From the NCBI GenBank assembly GCA_001600695.1, contig BCKQ01000016.1:38800-55149 (forward strand): a DNA stretch of 16,350 nt, in the 5' to 3' direction. The notes under the pieces were generated by a model. The model saw only the letters and a list, made by a program, of their open reading frames with translations. It was not told the DNA's origin and ran no database searches. Shown one piece after another: positions 1 to 9,909 of the stretch. The DNA comes from Ascoidea asiatica JCM 7603. Lineage: Eukaryota; Fungi; Ascomycota. The position numbers and the translations under genes are program-made. Position 1 is the first letter of the stretch. Every line of letters begins with the position of its first letter.

Positions 1-730
1 TTTGAAATAGAAAAATTATCAAAGTAACTATTACTTTTTATTAATAAGTATAATTTATATATTGTATCTTAAACAGAAGCATAAACACAATAAGTAAATA
101 AGTATATAGACAAATAAACAATTCTATCTTTCACCAATATCAATTCCTCTTTTCAACCAATATCAGTTACCACTTTAAAATTCAAACTTACCAAAGTCGC
201 GAGAGGAAATGGTTGCAGGAAATACAAGACCAATTTGATCAAGATTGACAGAACAGTATTGCAATAAGGAAAATACCAGTTTGTAAATTGGAACCAATAT
301 TAGATCAAACTGATTGATTTCTTATTCTAGGATATTTATTCTTATTTTTCCTTTTAAATGTGTTTCCCCAAAATTGATTTATTTTATTAAGCTGAATCCT
401 ATTAAGTTCCAATTTTTATTGTATCAGGTGGAATCCTATTGAGTCCCAATTATTGATAAAGAAGTGAGTAAATATTATATTTATATGGCTTTTAACCTGC
501 TAATATGAACTGCTTTGTTTTATTAAACTAAAGAAAAGAAAGTGTAGAAAGAAAAGGTTTTTAAATAAACATGAACGAAAGAAAAAGAGAAAACGAAAAT
601 TTGCCACCTTGACGGAAAACAAAGGACACGACCTACGGAAAATAGGACGGACACGGAAAGGAACGGAAAACCAAAATGAAGGATAATCTCATAAATAGAA
701 AGATTTACTAGGGTGAGTTTAACAGCTTTG

Positions 731-1767
731 TGTTGTGAATGTTCATTCATTTTACAAAATCGAATATATAAATTTTAGGTACTTACAAACTATCTATTAA
801 TCAATTAACTCGTGCTAATCGATGATCTCACAAGAAAACTAAATAAATTATATAAAAAATAAGAGGAAATCGATTCCTTTTATATTAATTAAGGATTCCT
901 ACGGGGTCCCGCAGAACTATCGAGAATTCTCGGGAATTCCCAAAAGTCCCAGGATTCCTTCGTAGAATCAGGGTGGGAATCAAGTTTACCTTGTAAATAG
1001 GGATGAAAACTTGATCAGAAATCAATTGAAATTCACATTTCAATTTGACCATAGTAAAACCAATCAGCCCACGTTCCAGTGGGGTAGATAATCCACTAAT
1101 TTCCGTGAATAATCTTTAAACCCGAAGCCGTACTCGGAGTAGATCCCTTACGTGACTATCTCCACTAGTCTTCTGTTTACTCCGAGACAATTCGGTATAC
1201 GCAGTGAAAATTATACCTTATCTCAGATGAAACTAGGCTTAGCCAATCTAGCCATCCAGAAGGCGTCCCTGCCTGGATCCGATTGGCCTTTCGGATTAAA
1301 CTTCTATCCGTATACACGCTAAATCCTAACTCCTCTTTAATTCTCCTCGTACCGAGTCGCTTAGCTTTAATATGCTCTTAAAGGTTGTACGACTATGGCT
1401 GGTACCAATCTCAAGGTCATTTCTACTTTGTACGCTATACCAGACGTAAGCACACATGACCTATTATATGTGACTAGAATATCACATGATATCCGACTAT
1501 CTGTGCACCTGTACACAGACTCATGCAAGGTCATGTAAATTGATGTATTTTTTGTGCCACTTCATGCGACTTTACGCAACAATATGTTTATTTATGCCTA
1601 ATTATGCATCTCTATGCATAATTATACATAGTGTACACACATTATTGTATAATACATAATTCTTTTACGTTTACGATAGATAGGTGTCTGTCTTTTAGAC
1701 CTTCACCACCTATGGTGTTAGTACCAATATATGCCCTAGCATATATAGATCTCTATTATTTCCAACA
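731..1767 (-). mobile_element. Solo LTR of an LTR retrotransposon (Ty1/copia-like termini), 1037 bp
   Basis: Starts TGTTG (731) and ends CAACA (1767), flanked by an identical 5-bp TSD CTTTG at 726-730 and 1768-1772. GC-richer than the flanks, non-coding, with internal short repeats. The minus-strand 5' end TGTTGGAAATAA resembles the Ty1 delta start, and a minus-strand TATAAAAG at 884-877 suggests minus orientation. Confidence 0.85.
877..941 (-). promoter_or_regulatory. Putative LTR promoter: TATA box plus step-type HSE-like element
   Basis: TATAAAAG on the minus strand at 884-877. GAA at 914, 924 and 934 (10-bp spacing), overlapping the palindromes CGAGAATTCTCG (921-932) and GGGAATTCCC (932-941). 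Confidence 0.4.
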
Positions 1768-2174
1768 CTTTGGGTAGTATTTTTTTCAGTGTTTGTATAG
1801 TCACAAATTTTAAAACTTGTTTAGAGGAAAACCAAATTGGAATCAAGAACCATTACCTTCCACGAACCATTGATGAGTATTTGCAGTCTCAAAAAGTTGA
1901 GTAATTGCTGAATTATGCAGTATATTGAAATAACGTTTATATAACTATATAAGTATTTAGATTATTAAACATTCATTTAAGTTTTGTACATGTTTTTTCA
2001 GCTTTTTGTGGAGAACACTACTCTAGAATTGTATAATTTGGATTTAATAAAAATGTTAAATGATTACTAGTTCTTTCTAGTTGCAACATGTAAAATAATC
2101 AATTTATTATCCAATAACTGAAAACTCACAGTACCTCCAGAAACTCCAGAAAAATAAGAATGTCATAGGTAGAT

Positions 2175-2591
2175 AAATTAGTTAAATTTGAAAAATCATT
2201 ATTACTATCATGAATTAAAATTAATTGATCCAAATTAAAGTCATACTCAAATATTTTTAATTTTACCAAAAAAAATATATGATAAAACACCTTCAACATC
2301 ATTACCTTTCATAATATTTTCAAATCGAGCCATTAAAATTCTATGTAATTCTTGTACATCAGGATCGATGAATGCATCACAATTAACCCAAAAAAAAATT
2401 CGTGTTAAATCAGAAGTAGCAACAGAGGCTTGTCAAGTTAGTAATTGAAAAGCTAATCCTTGCAAAGAAATTCTATTAGAATTATCATCATTAGAAGGCA
2501 TTTTATAAAGAATGGTTCTAAAATATATTCAATAAAAATAAGCTTGTAATACCAACTTTAAATCAAATTTTGCTCCTTGAATTAGTTAACT
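2175..2591 (-). pseudogene. UBP15: USP7/Ubp15 ubiquitin-specific protease, catalytic-domain N-terminal fragment
   Basis: Reads (KLTN/fs)QGAKFDLKLVLQAYFY*IYFRTILYKMP...DLTRIFFWVNCDAFIDPDVQELHRILMARFENIMKGNDVEGVLSYIFFGKIK. This matches recalled Ubp15 NQGATCYLNSLLQSYFF...ELTRSFGW...[37 protein letters not shown]. Contains stops and frameshifts, and the catalytic Cys is lost. Confidence 0.88.
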
Positions 2592-2649
2592 TTGATAACT
2601 CATCAGTATTTTTATTATTATTAGTTTTCTTATTGGAATTCATCGTGCT

Positions 2650-3630
2650 ATTATCATCAGTGAATAAAGATTAGACAGTTATTAGAGAAAATAATCGACC
2701 ACGTGTTTTAACTTCATTTAATAAATGATATTTTTGATTATTTAATAAAACAGATTCATCATTATTATAATTATTATTTACACTAGAATCTAAATTGTCA
2801 TTAAAAATGTCATTAGATTTGCCATTGAACTTTTGATTTGAATTGTTGTTGTTATTATTATTATTTTTAAAATTTTCAATTTTATTAAAAAAAAAATTAA
2901 TTGTACCTTCAATAATAGTTGGGAAACTAATAGAAGTAACTAAAAATCAAATTTTATTTTTATCTAATTTTTGAATAGATTTTGTTAATTCATGAAATTC
3001 AGGTTTTTCCAAATAACCCAATAATTTAATAGCATATTTAAATTCATTTGAGAAATTTGAAAATTGAGGTTGATTTACACCATTTTTATCATTATTATTA
3101 TTATGATTATTATTATTATGATTGTTATTATTATGATTATTATTATTATAAAAATCATCGATAACATCAACTGCGAAACTTTTTTTTGAATTTGAATTAT
3201 GAGAATTTGGTAAGATTATTTGATTATCTAATGGTAAACTCGAATATTTTGTTCAATACTTATATCTTACAAATGAATAAATTAAAGCAGTGATAATTAT
3301 CAATATCAATAATAATGAAGTGAACGGTAAAGTTATTGAAATAGTTGTTGATAATAAAGGTATTATAGATATTATAAATTAAGATACACAATATACTAAA
3401 GTATTAAAGAACCATTTAAATGGCCAAAGAATTATCTAAAATATAGATATTGGAATTTTTGAATTTTTTGATTATAATTATTATTAATTATATTTATATC
3501 AACATTTGAAGGTGAATAAGTTTCTTCATTAAATATTGACGATGAACTTAAATTTGTGAAAATATTACTCACAACTGATATAATGAGATTGGTAAAAGGT
3601 GGATAAGATTCAAAAATATTTATGATTTTA
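2650..3630 (-). pseudogene. NTE1: Lysophospholipase Nte1 (neuropathy target esterase) N-terminal fragment: TM region and start of the first cNMP-binding region
   Basis: Hydrophobic ITLPFTSLLLILIIITALIYSFVRYKY*TKYSSLP, then NEFKYAIKLLGYLEKPEFHELTKSIQ and YHLLNEVKTRGRLFSLITV*SLFTDD. These match recalled fungal Nte1 VRYRYLxxYSRLP, [26 protein letters not shown] and YQLLTEVKNGxxxSSLFSILSLFTED. Confidence 0.85.
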
Positions 3631-3834
3631 TTTATATTTATGTTTATCTATGATACTTATTATATTTAATAATAAGTCATTAAATGAATTGAAATGAACC
3701 AAATGAATTGAAATAAAATATTATTTTAGAAAATTTAGTATTAATTTAAATTTAAAAGTTCTAAAAACATTTGACAGATTTTTTAAAATGAATAAAATTA
3801 AATTGGTTAGGTTAAACAAACCTATCCAATTTTT

Positions 3835-4036
3835 GTTTCTGAATCATAATTTAAAACGTATCCCATTAAACACCAATTGAATGTTGAATAACATTTATAA
3901 ATTCAGTTAAATTTAAATTCTTATTAGAAGATAAATAACCTGCATTAAACTTTTGAACTTTTGATAAACTTCTTATATTGCCCAAGAAGTTGCGGGAGGC
4001 TTCTGAATTGGCTGTACAGATCAAGATATTGAACAT
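3835..4036 (-). pseudogene. Decayed 5' gene fragment, possibly a mitochondrial precursor (weakly homoaconitase Lys4-like)
   Basis: ATG at 4036: MFNILICTANSEASRNFLGNIRSLSKVQKFNAGYLSSNKNLNLTEFINVIQHSIGV*WDTF*. NLTE...IQHSIGV loosely resembles the Lys4 N-terminus QNLTEKIVQxxxVGL. Confidence 0.3.
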
Positions 4037-4529
4037 GATGATGATTCTTAATTATATCTAATATGATTACTAATCAGCTAAAATAACTAAAAAATATTAA
4101 AAAATAAAAGTAAAATGTGTATTTGAGACGTAGATTAAAAAATAAAAACTATGTAGTAGGTTTTTGTATAAAATCTTCGCTAAGAAAAAAAAGTAAAACT
4201 TGAAGTTTTTCTAAAAGAAAATTTTAAGCTACTTATAGTAATCAAAAAAGACTGAAAATACAGTGAAGATCAAATAAAAATTTGTTAAAACAAATATGTG
4301 TGTATCGAAATAATGACAACCTATAATTTTTTTTAAAAAATAAAATTGCATGTTCTTGCGGAAAGTAAAAAATAAATTGAAAAAAAAATAATATTGGAAA
4401 AAATGCAGGACTGCATTTTTGGTTAGTAAAAAAATATTTCAGGAAATTATTTAACTTGTAATTGTTTAGTTGAATATTGAATATGTATTTTAAAAGATAA
4501 ATAATTCGCTTCGTATGTTAAAATATAGT

Positions 4530-5518
4530 ATTATATCCGGTTGACTGGATCCATGTAAACTAGTTCTTTTTACATATATGTACAAACAGTGTTGTACTTG
4601 CTGCCAACTGCCTTTGGAGGGTACAACTTTTGTTTTGGATTTATAATTTGTTTAGTCATCAGCATGATTTATATCCAAAATGTACTCGTTGGATGTTCCA
4701 TAATGACACTGGAAAATATATGATTCTTCGAGCAAAATCCTGTTCCATTTGTAATTCAGCTAATGAACAGGTACAAGTTTTAGAGGTTGTGGATGTTGCT
4801 CTTTAGTTGTTCGGCAATAATTAAAATGACAAATTTGCTGTGAATCTTCAAACTCATTTGGTCAGAGAAAATCAAATTGTAGTCTTGGCTGTTAGTGTTG
4901 AAATGTGTTGATAAGTGTTAAAACGTGATAAGTAATTTAAACGCTGTAGAAGGATTAGCTGTCGTAGCTGTATTATTGTTTGCAATAATAGTATCAGACG
5001 TAGTAGGTGTTATTTGATTTGAAGCTGACTTAGTCAAATTAGATGAATGCAATGATGTAGCTGGGTTAGACAAATAAGGTGGCGTAGATGCGTTCAAGGA
5101 ATTAGATGAAGTAGTTGAATTTCAAAAATCAATTCCCCTAGTTGTATTAGTTGTATTATGTTGACTTTTTTGACTTAGTTAATTTACTTATATCAGTTTA
5201 ATTAGTTCAATTAGTAGTATTAGTTGAATTACTTAAGTTTACTTTTTTAGTTGAGTTAGTTGAGTTAGTTGAGTTAGTTGTGTTAGTTAATAATATTAAC
5301 TATTGTTGACTGAGATTAACTTATTCGATGGTTTTAATTGATTCTTGGAGTGATTGTTTAAATTGTTTTGTTTGATTTGGTTTGTTGTTTTGGGAACCTT
5401 TTGCAGTGGATGCATATGTGGTACATTTAAATTATATTGTTATGGAAATTGAATCACGGGATCTTTCGTTTTGGGGTTGGAAAAGGAAAGTTTGAATGAT
5501 CATGTTAGAGGTTACTTA
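4530..5518 (-). pseudogene. Decayed Ser/Thr/Asn-rich low-complexity ORF followed by an unidentified domain fragment
   Basis: Broken frames give TNSTNSTNST, ASTPPYLSNPATSLHSSNLTKSASNQITPTTSDT and CHFNYCRTTKEQHPQPLKLVPVH*LNYKWNRILLEESYIFQC, with several stops and frameshifts. Confidence 0.4.
5247..5288. repeat. 9-bp tandem repeat (TTAGTTGAG) x ~4.7
   Basis: Directly visible; encodes Asn-Ser-Thr repeats on the minus strand. Confidence 0.9.
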
Positions 5519-5524
5519 TTGACA

Positions 5525-6039
5525 ACTCATAAACGAGAGTCAAATGGTTTAAGTATGGAACTTAAACCTGGAGCAGGTTCTGCTACAATATGAACAAAAT
5601 TTGTAAAACCTCAGTAAGTTTTGTTTTTATAAAATTTATGATGAGTTTGATTAGAAAATTTTTTATTTATATCTTTTTTTAGATCGGGTACTGGTTGCAA
5701 ATACATTGCCACCGAATTATTATTATTACCATTTGGAAAAAATAAAATATTATAATTAAAATTACCAACATTATAAATTGGAGAAGTAAATTTTGAATCT
5801 TTAATAATTGTAGAAATTATAATTTTCCATGTAAAATATTTTGAATCTTTAATTTTATAATTTTTAATTTCAGTTGAATAATTTAACCAAAATTTAAAAT
5901 CAGTTGCAGGAGTTATATTTTTTATTTCTAAAATTTCAGATTGCCACTTAAGCTTATGATAATTATTATTCTTAATAACTTGAGGACTATTATTTTTATT
6001 ATTATTAGTTGGGATGGTAGTTGAATTATTTGATTTAGA
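5525..6039 (-). pseudogene. UBP15: USP7/Ubp15 N-terminal MATH/TRAF domain fragment
   Basis: YFTWKI...KFTSPIYNVGNFNYNILFFPNGNNNNSVAMYLQPVP...NQTHHKFYKNKTY*GFTNFV...ILKPFDSRL*. This matches recalled Ubp15 FTWNI...KYNSPRFRIGDFEWDILLFPQGNHNKGVAVYLEPHP...NKSHHRF...DWGFANL...ILKDPTGVLW. Confidence 0.85.
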
Positions 6040-6112
6040 GTATATAAGAAAAGAATATAAAAGATAAGAATATAGAAGATAAGATTAAATAAAGGACTTG
6101 TTTTTTGGGTTT

Positions 6113-6742
6113 TTAACTAGAGGATTTGAAAAACTCTTCAATTTCTTCTATAAATTTTTCATATATATCATTATTATCATCAGTTTTAGAATAATCATAA
6201 TAGCTATCTGAACAGTTTGATTCAGTTGACCTATTACAATCATCATAATCATTATAATCATCATGATCATAATCCAAATCATAATCATCAGCTTCATTAC
6301 TGACATCACTAATATTATAGAAATTATTTGGTTTATTTAAACTTTGTGAATGATTAATATTAATTTCAGTATCAAATATATCTAAAGTATTGATAAAAAA
6401 ATCAAAATTATTAAATTCATTAATATTATTCATATTCGGATTCAGATTCATCAAATCTAATGAATTATTATTAAAAAAAGTATTGATATTATTTTCATTT
6501 GTACCATCTAAAGTCATTAATGTAACTATACCATTATTATTAACATTTAAATTAGAGTCAAAAGAATTTATTAATTCATCAATTACATTTAAATAAATTG
6601 GATTAGTATTATAAAATTGTAATAATTCATCTGTATTCATACTAATTATTTCATTCGTATTCACAGAAGATGAATAATCTGACATTTTATCAGAAAATAA
6701 ATTATCATCACAAGATAAATTATTATCATTTTTATAATTCAT
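6113..6742 (-). CDS. Hypothetical Asn/Asp-rich protein, 209 aa
   Basis: Uninterrupted ATG-to-stop ORF of 630 nt in very AT-rich DNA; low complexity, no recognisable domain. Confidence 0.5.
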   Translation of the reverse strand: MNYKNDNNLSCDDNLFSDKMSDYSSSVNTNEIISMNTDELLQFYNTNPIYLNVIDELINSFDSNLNVNNNGIVTLMTLDGTNENNINTFFNNNSLDLMNLNPNMNNINEFNNFDFFINTLDIFDTEININHSQSLNKPNNFYNISDVSNEADDYDLDYDHDDYNDYDDCNRSTESNCSDSYYDYSKTDDNNDIYEKFIEEIEEFFKSSS

Positions 6743-6984
6743 TACTACTACTGATTTGTAAATGACATAGCGATTATATAAAGAAAGGAAAAATAAATTT
6801 AAAGTTAATTAATCAAAAATTAAAGAAAAAATATGTATATTTATATTATTTTTTTTTTGAATGAGAATCTACTTGAAAATAAAGGTAGGAAGTATGAAAA
6901 ATCATTGAAAAAATGAAATTTAATAATATTTGTTATATTTAAATAGATTTAAAGTAATGAAATTCATTCAAGAGGGGTTTTATG

Positions 6985-7378
6985 TTAGAAAATGAATAGT
7001 AATAATAATTTTATAATTGGTATAAGATACAGAATTGAAATTAATATTAATATGAGCATCAAAATTTTCCTAAGGTTTTTTAAAATAAGAATATGAAGAA
7101 GAATAATTAAAGAAGGCATATATTTCGTTATCGTTATCAAACTTCTTGATATTTGGATTATTTATATTATTATGATTGATATCAATATTCTTATCTACAT
7201 CAGTATGATCAATTTGAATAAGGTCACGTTCATCATCATCATAGTTATCCTCATTATCATCAATATTTTCGTCAAACTTTATATGGAATTGTCATTATTT
7301 GAAGGAGCAGAATTATCAGTTAAATCAATATTATTTATAATTTTATTAATATTATAAATAATATTGCTATTATTATTT
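6985..7378 (-). pseudogene. Decayed Asp/Asn-rich coding fragment
   Basis: Frameshifted reading ...FDENIDDNEDNYDDDERDLIQIDHTDVDKNIDINHNN...KKP*ENFDAH with codon-like periodicity. Confidence 0.4.
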
Positions 7379-7499
7379 TTTTTTCTAATAATATTTCTAT
7401 AAGTTAAATTCAATTAAAAAGTTTAATTATCTATTTAGTATTTAAATAATTTAATTTATTTCATATTAATAACAAATCAAAATTTTTAAAATTGTAAGA

Positions 7500-7801
7500 G
7501 AGTGTTATTAATAACATTTTAAAATAATTTAATTGAAATTTTGAAAACTTATTTCAATGTAAAATGTTTAAATAATAAATTTTTTACTGATAAGTTTTCA
7601 TCTATTTATAAACTATTTGATGATATTATGGATTTTGCTATCCCTCAGGTTGCTGCTTGTCAAACTTAGAATAAATATATTAAATTAACAAAATCAAGTT
7701 TCATTTCATCAAATAAGAATAATAACACAATTAGTGACTATGATCAATATGATGAATTTTATAATCAAATATAAAATAACAATAACAATATTAACAATAA
7801 C

Positions 7802-7837
<36 letters not shown>

Positions 7838-8235
7838 TCAAGATGTTAAATGGTTTATACTAATAAAAATCAATTAGAAATTGAAATTTATTCAAAAATT
7901 ATTAAACTTTAATGATAATAAATATCTTGGAGAAGAAAAAGTATATTTTATAAAGAAAATAAACAACAAAGATTAACTTTTATTTCTGGTTCAAATGTTT
8001 GTGACTCTTCTCTTTATCTTGCTTGCTTTTTATAAAACGTTATACAAAACAAAAAGAAAATATTTCTCCTAATATGTTATTACAATTATTTAATGATTTA
8101 TTAATTGTTGATAGTTTTGATAAAGGTTTACTAACTAGAATTGCTGCTAGTGCAGTTATTCAAGAATTATTTAAAAGATATGGTTTAATAGTTCGGTCCA
8201 ATATTATTGAATAAGCCGCGATATTATATGTTTTT
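7500..8235 (+). pseudogene. Laa1/HEATR5-like (AP-1 accessory HEAT protein) N-terminal fragment
   Basis: SIYKLFDDIMDFAIPQV...poly-N...LLQLFNDLLIVDSFDKGLLTRIAASAVIQELFKRYGLIV resembles recalled Laa1 AKDIACTILVQLFENFG and HEATR5 TKLAAVACVGAFYEKMG. Contains stops and frameshifts. Confidence 0.45.
7802..7837. repeat. (AAT)12 microsatellite
   Basis: Directly visible; a poly-Asn relic. Confidence 0.95.
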
Positions 8236-8261
8236 ACTTAATTTTTATTATGATAATTATT

Positions 8262-8829
8262 TGATACCAATTTGGACCATGATTAACAGTAAGAATCAAA
8301 GCATTAATCAGGTAGAAAAACTAATTTTATTAAAAGAAATTTCAAAAGAATTTTGAAAAGGAGTTGTATTTTCTTCTGGAGCCCTTCAAGGATCAGATTC
8401 TACTATTATTAATTCTTCAGATACTATGGTCTGGTTTTTTAATAAAAAAATGTCAACAGCCAAATTTATTATAAGTAATATTATGAATCATTTAAATAAT
8501 GAAGATTATAAAATGGTAGAAGAGATTGAATTAAATAATATTAATAATATAAAAGAGGAATCTAAATCCACTGTTGTTACAGATTGATTATCCATATTAA
8601 AAATTTCTTCTAACAACGTTGTGAACTCTAAAATCAGAGGAGGCAGAAATACTTCTGGAAGAACCCCTCGTATTGATTTAGCTAGTAAGGATTTTTGAAT
8701 AATTGATTGGTTAAAAGACAACTAGGTTGTTCAAATTTATTAGCAAAATTATTTGATGCAAATATCAAATTACTAAATTACAAAAATGAATTAAAATATA
8801 AAATGAACTTACTGATAAATCATTTTTAA
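8262..8829 (+). pseudogene. Unidentified decayed coding fragment
   Basis: Long frame broken by three TGA codons: ...KEISKEF*KGVVFSSGALQGSDS...TD*LSILKISSNNVVNSKIRGGRNTSGRTPRIDLASKDF*IIDWLKDN, then a frameshift and LLINHF* at 8829. Confidence 0.55.
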
Positions 8830-9063
8830 GGAATGTGAGCCTATCAAATCCTGTTTTTCAATTATTATTGTTTTAATCTATTTTGAATTTTATAAATATT
8901 CAAACGTTTAAGCCATCCAAGCGTTTTAATAAAGTCTTTTAAGTATTAATTTTAGTACAATAAAAGCATTACAACTCCTAAATATGTAATCACAAAAGGT
9001 AAAGCTACTAATGAACTTACTATATTTACTATAAATGAAAAAATGAATTCCAATTAAAATTAC

Positions 9064-9909
9064 CTAGAGATTTGTTTCTGAGTTTTGTACCAGGACTTGT
9101 AGAAGTTCTTTCATATCGTGAATGGATTTTTCAAGCTGCTCCGCCCTTGTTAATAAATTATCACTTAGTAGTTCAGGTTGGTGTTCATTCACAATGCTGA
9201 CAGGTGTCTTTATGGCGTCTAAAAAAAGATCTAAATCGTTTTTTGTTTTATCGGTTTTTCGTCTTTTAGGTGTTTGCATTTCTAATCTATCAGATAATCT
9301 GAGAGGTCTTCAACATCAAGCATTCATTGGGTATTTCCAAAGTTGTCTGACATGGGCTTTGGTTCTTTTTGAATTTGTTTTGCCAATCGATTGGTTAGTG
9401 TTTTGGATTCCATTTTTTTGATAGCAAACAGTTTTATTTGCAATCACCTATTTTTCTTATTTGCTTTTCCTTTAATAAATTTTGCTTCATATCGACATTC
9501 TCTTTTTCTTTTTCAAATAATAATAAATAAGTTTGAGTAATTTCGGTTTCTGAAAAAAAGTCTTGCCCCACCACCTGTACCAGATCCATTCTTATTTTCT
9601 TTTGGAAAAAGTTTAAACTCATTGTATTCTTTTGTAAAACGTTGCTTAAACGTTTTGGCTAAAACAAATGAGGTTATTATATTTTTGTTAAACATGGCAT
9701 GCAATGTTTTCCTGTTTTTTTTTTGCGACTCGTCTGCTAAAGTCAAGTATTTCTGGCATTAGATTTAAAACCAACTTTGCTAGTGCTAAATCTGTCATTG
9801 GTAAAAATTTATATTTTCTGATTTCATCAAAGTTTTCTATTTCAGTGATTAAGAGTATTAAAATGGAAAAGCATTTTATTCAATAGTTTGTTAAGATATC
9901 TTGACGCAT
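9064..9909 (-). mobile_element. Degenerate Myb/SANT-like accessory ORF, PIF/Harbinger-type
   Basis: Joining the ORF-track frames gives ...LHAMFNKNIITSFVLAKTFKQRFTKEYNEFKLFPKENKNGSGTGGG...TPKRRK...coiled-coil end. A basic helix ending in SGxG, an NLS and a C-terminal coiled coil are typical of Harbinger Myb/SANT proteins. No DDE transposase of that family was seen. Confidence 0.4.

Noticed and set aside
120-310. Possible minus-strand coding relic (...FPATISSRDFGKFEF*SGN*YWLKRGIDIGER*)
   Set aside because: Short, interrupted and not assignable to any family.
998-1008. TAGGGATGAAA, identical to the maize Ac/Ds TIR
   Set aside because: No inverted partner or 8-bp TSD was seen and it lies inside the LTR; probably chance.
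8340-8480. KGVVFSSGA resemblance to RNase P subunit Rpp1
   Set aside because: Only a short motif matches; the flanking residues do not support it.
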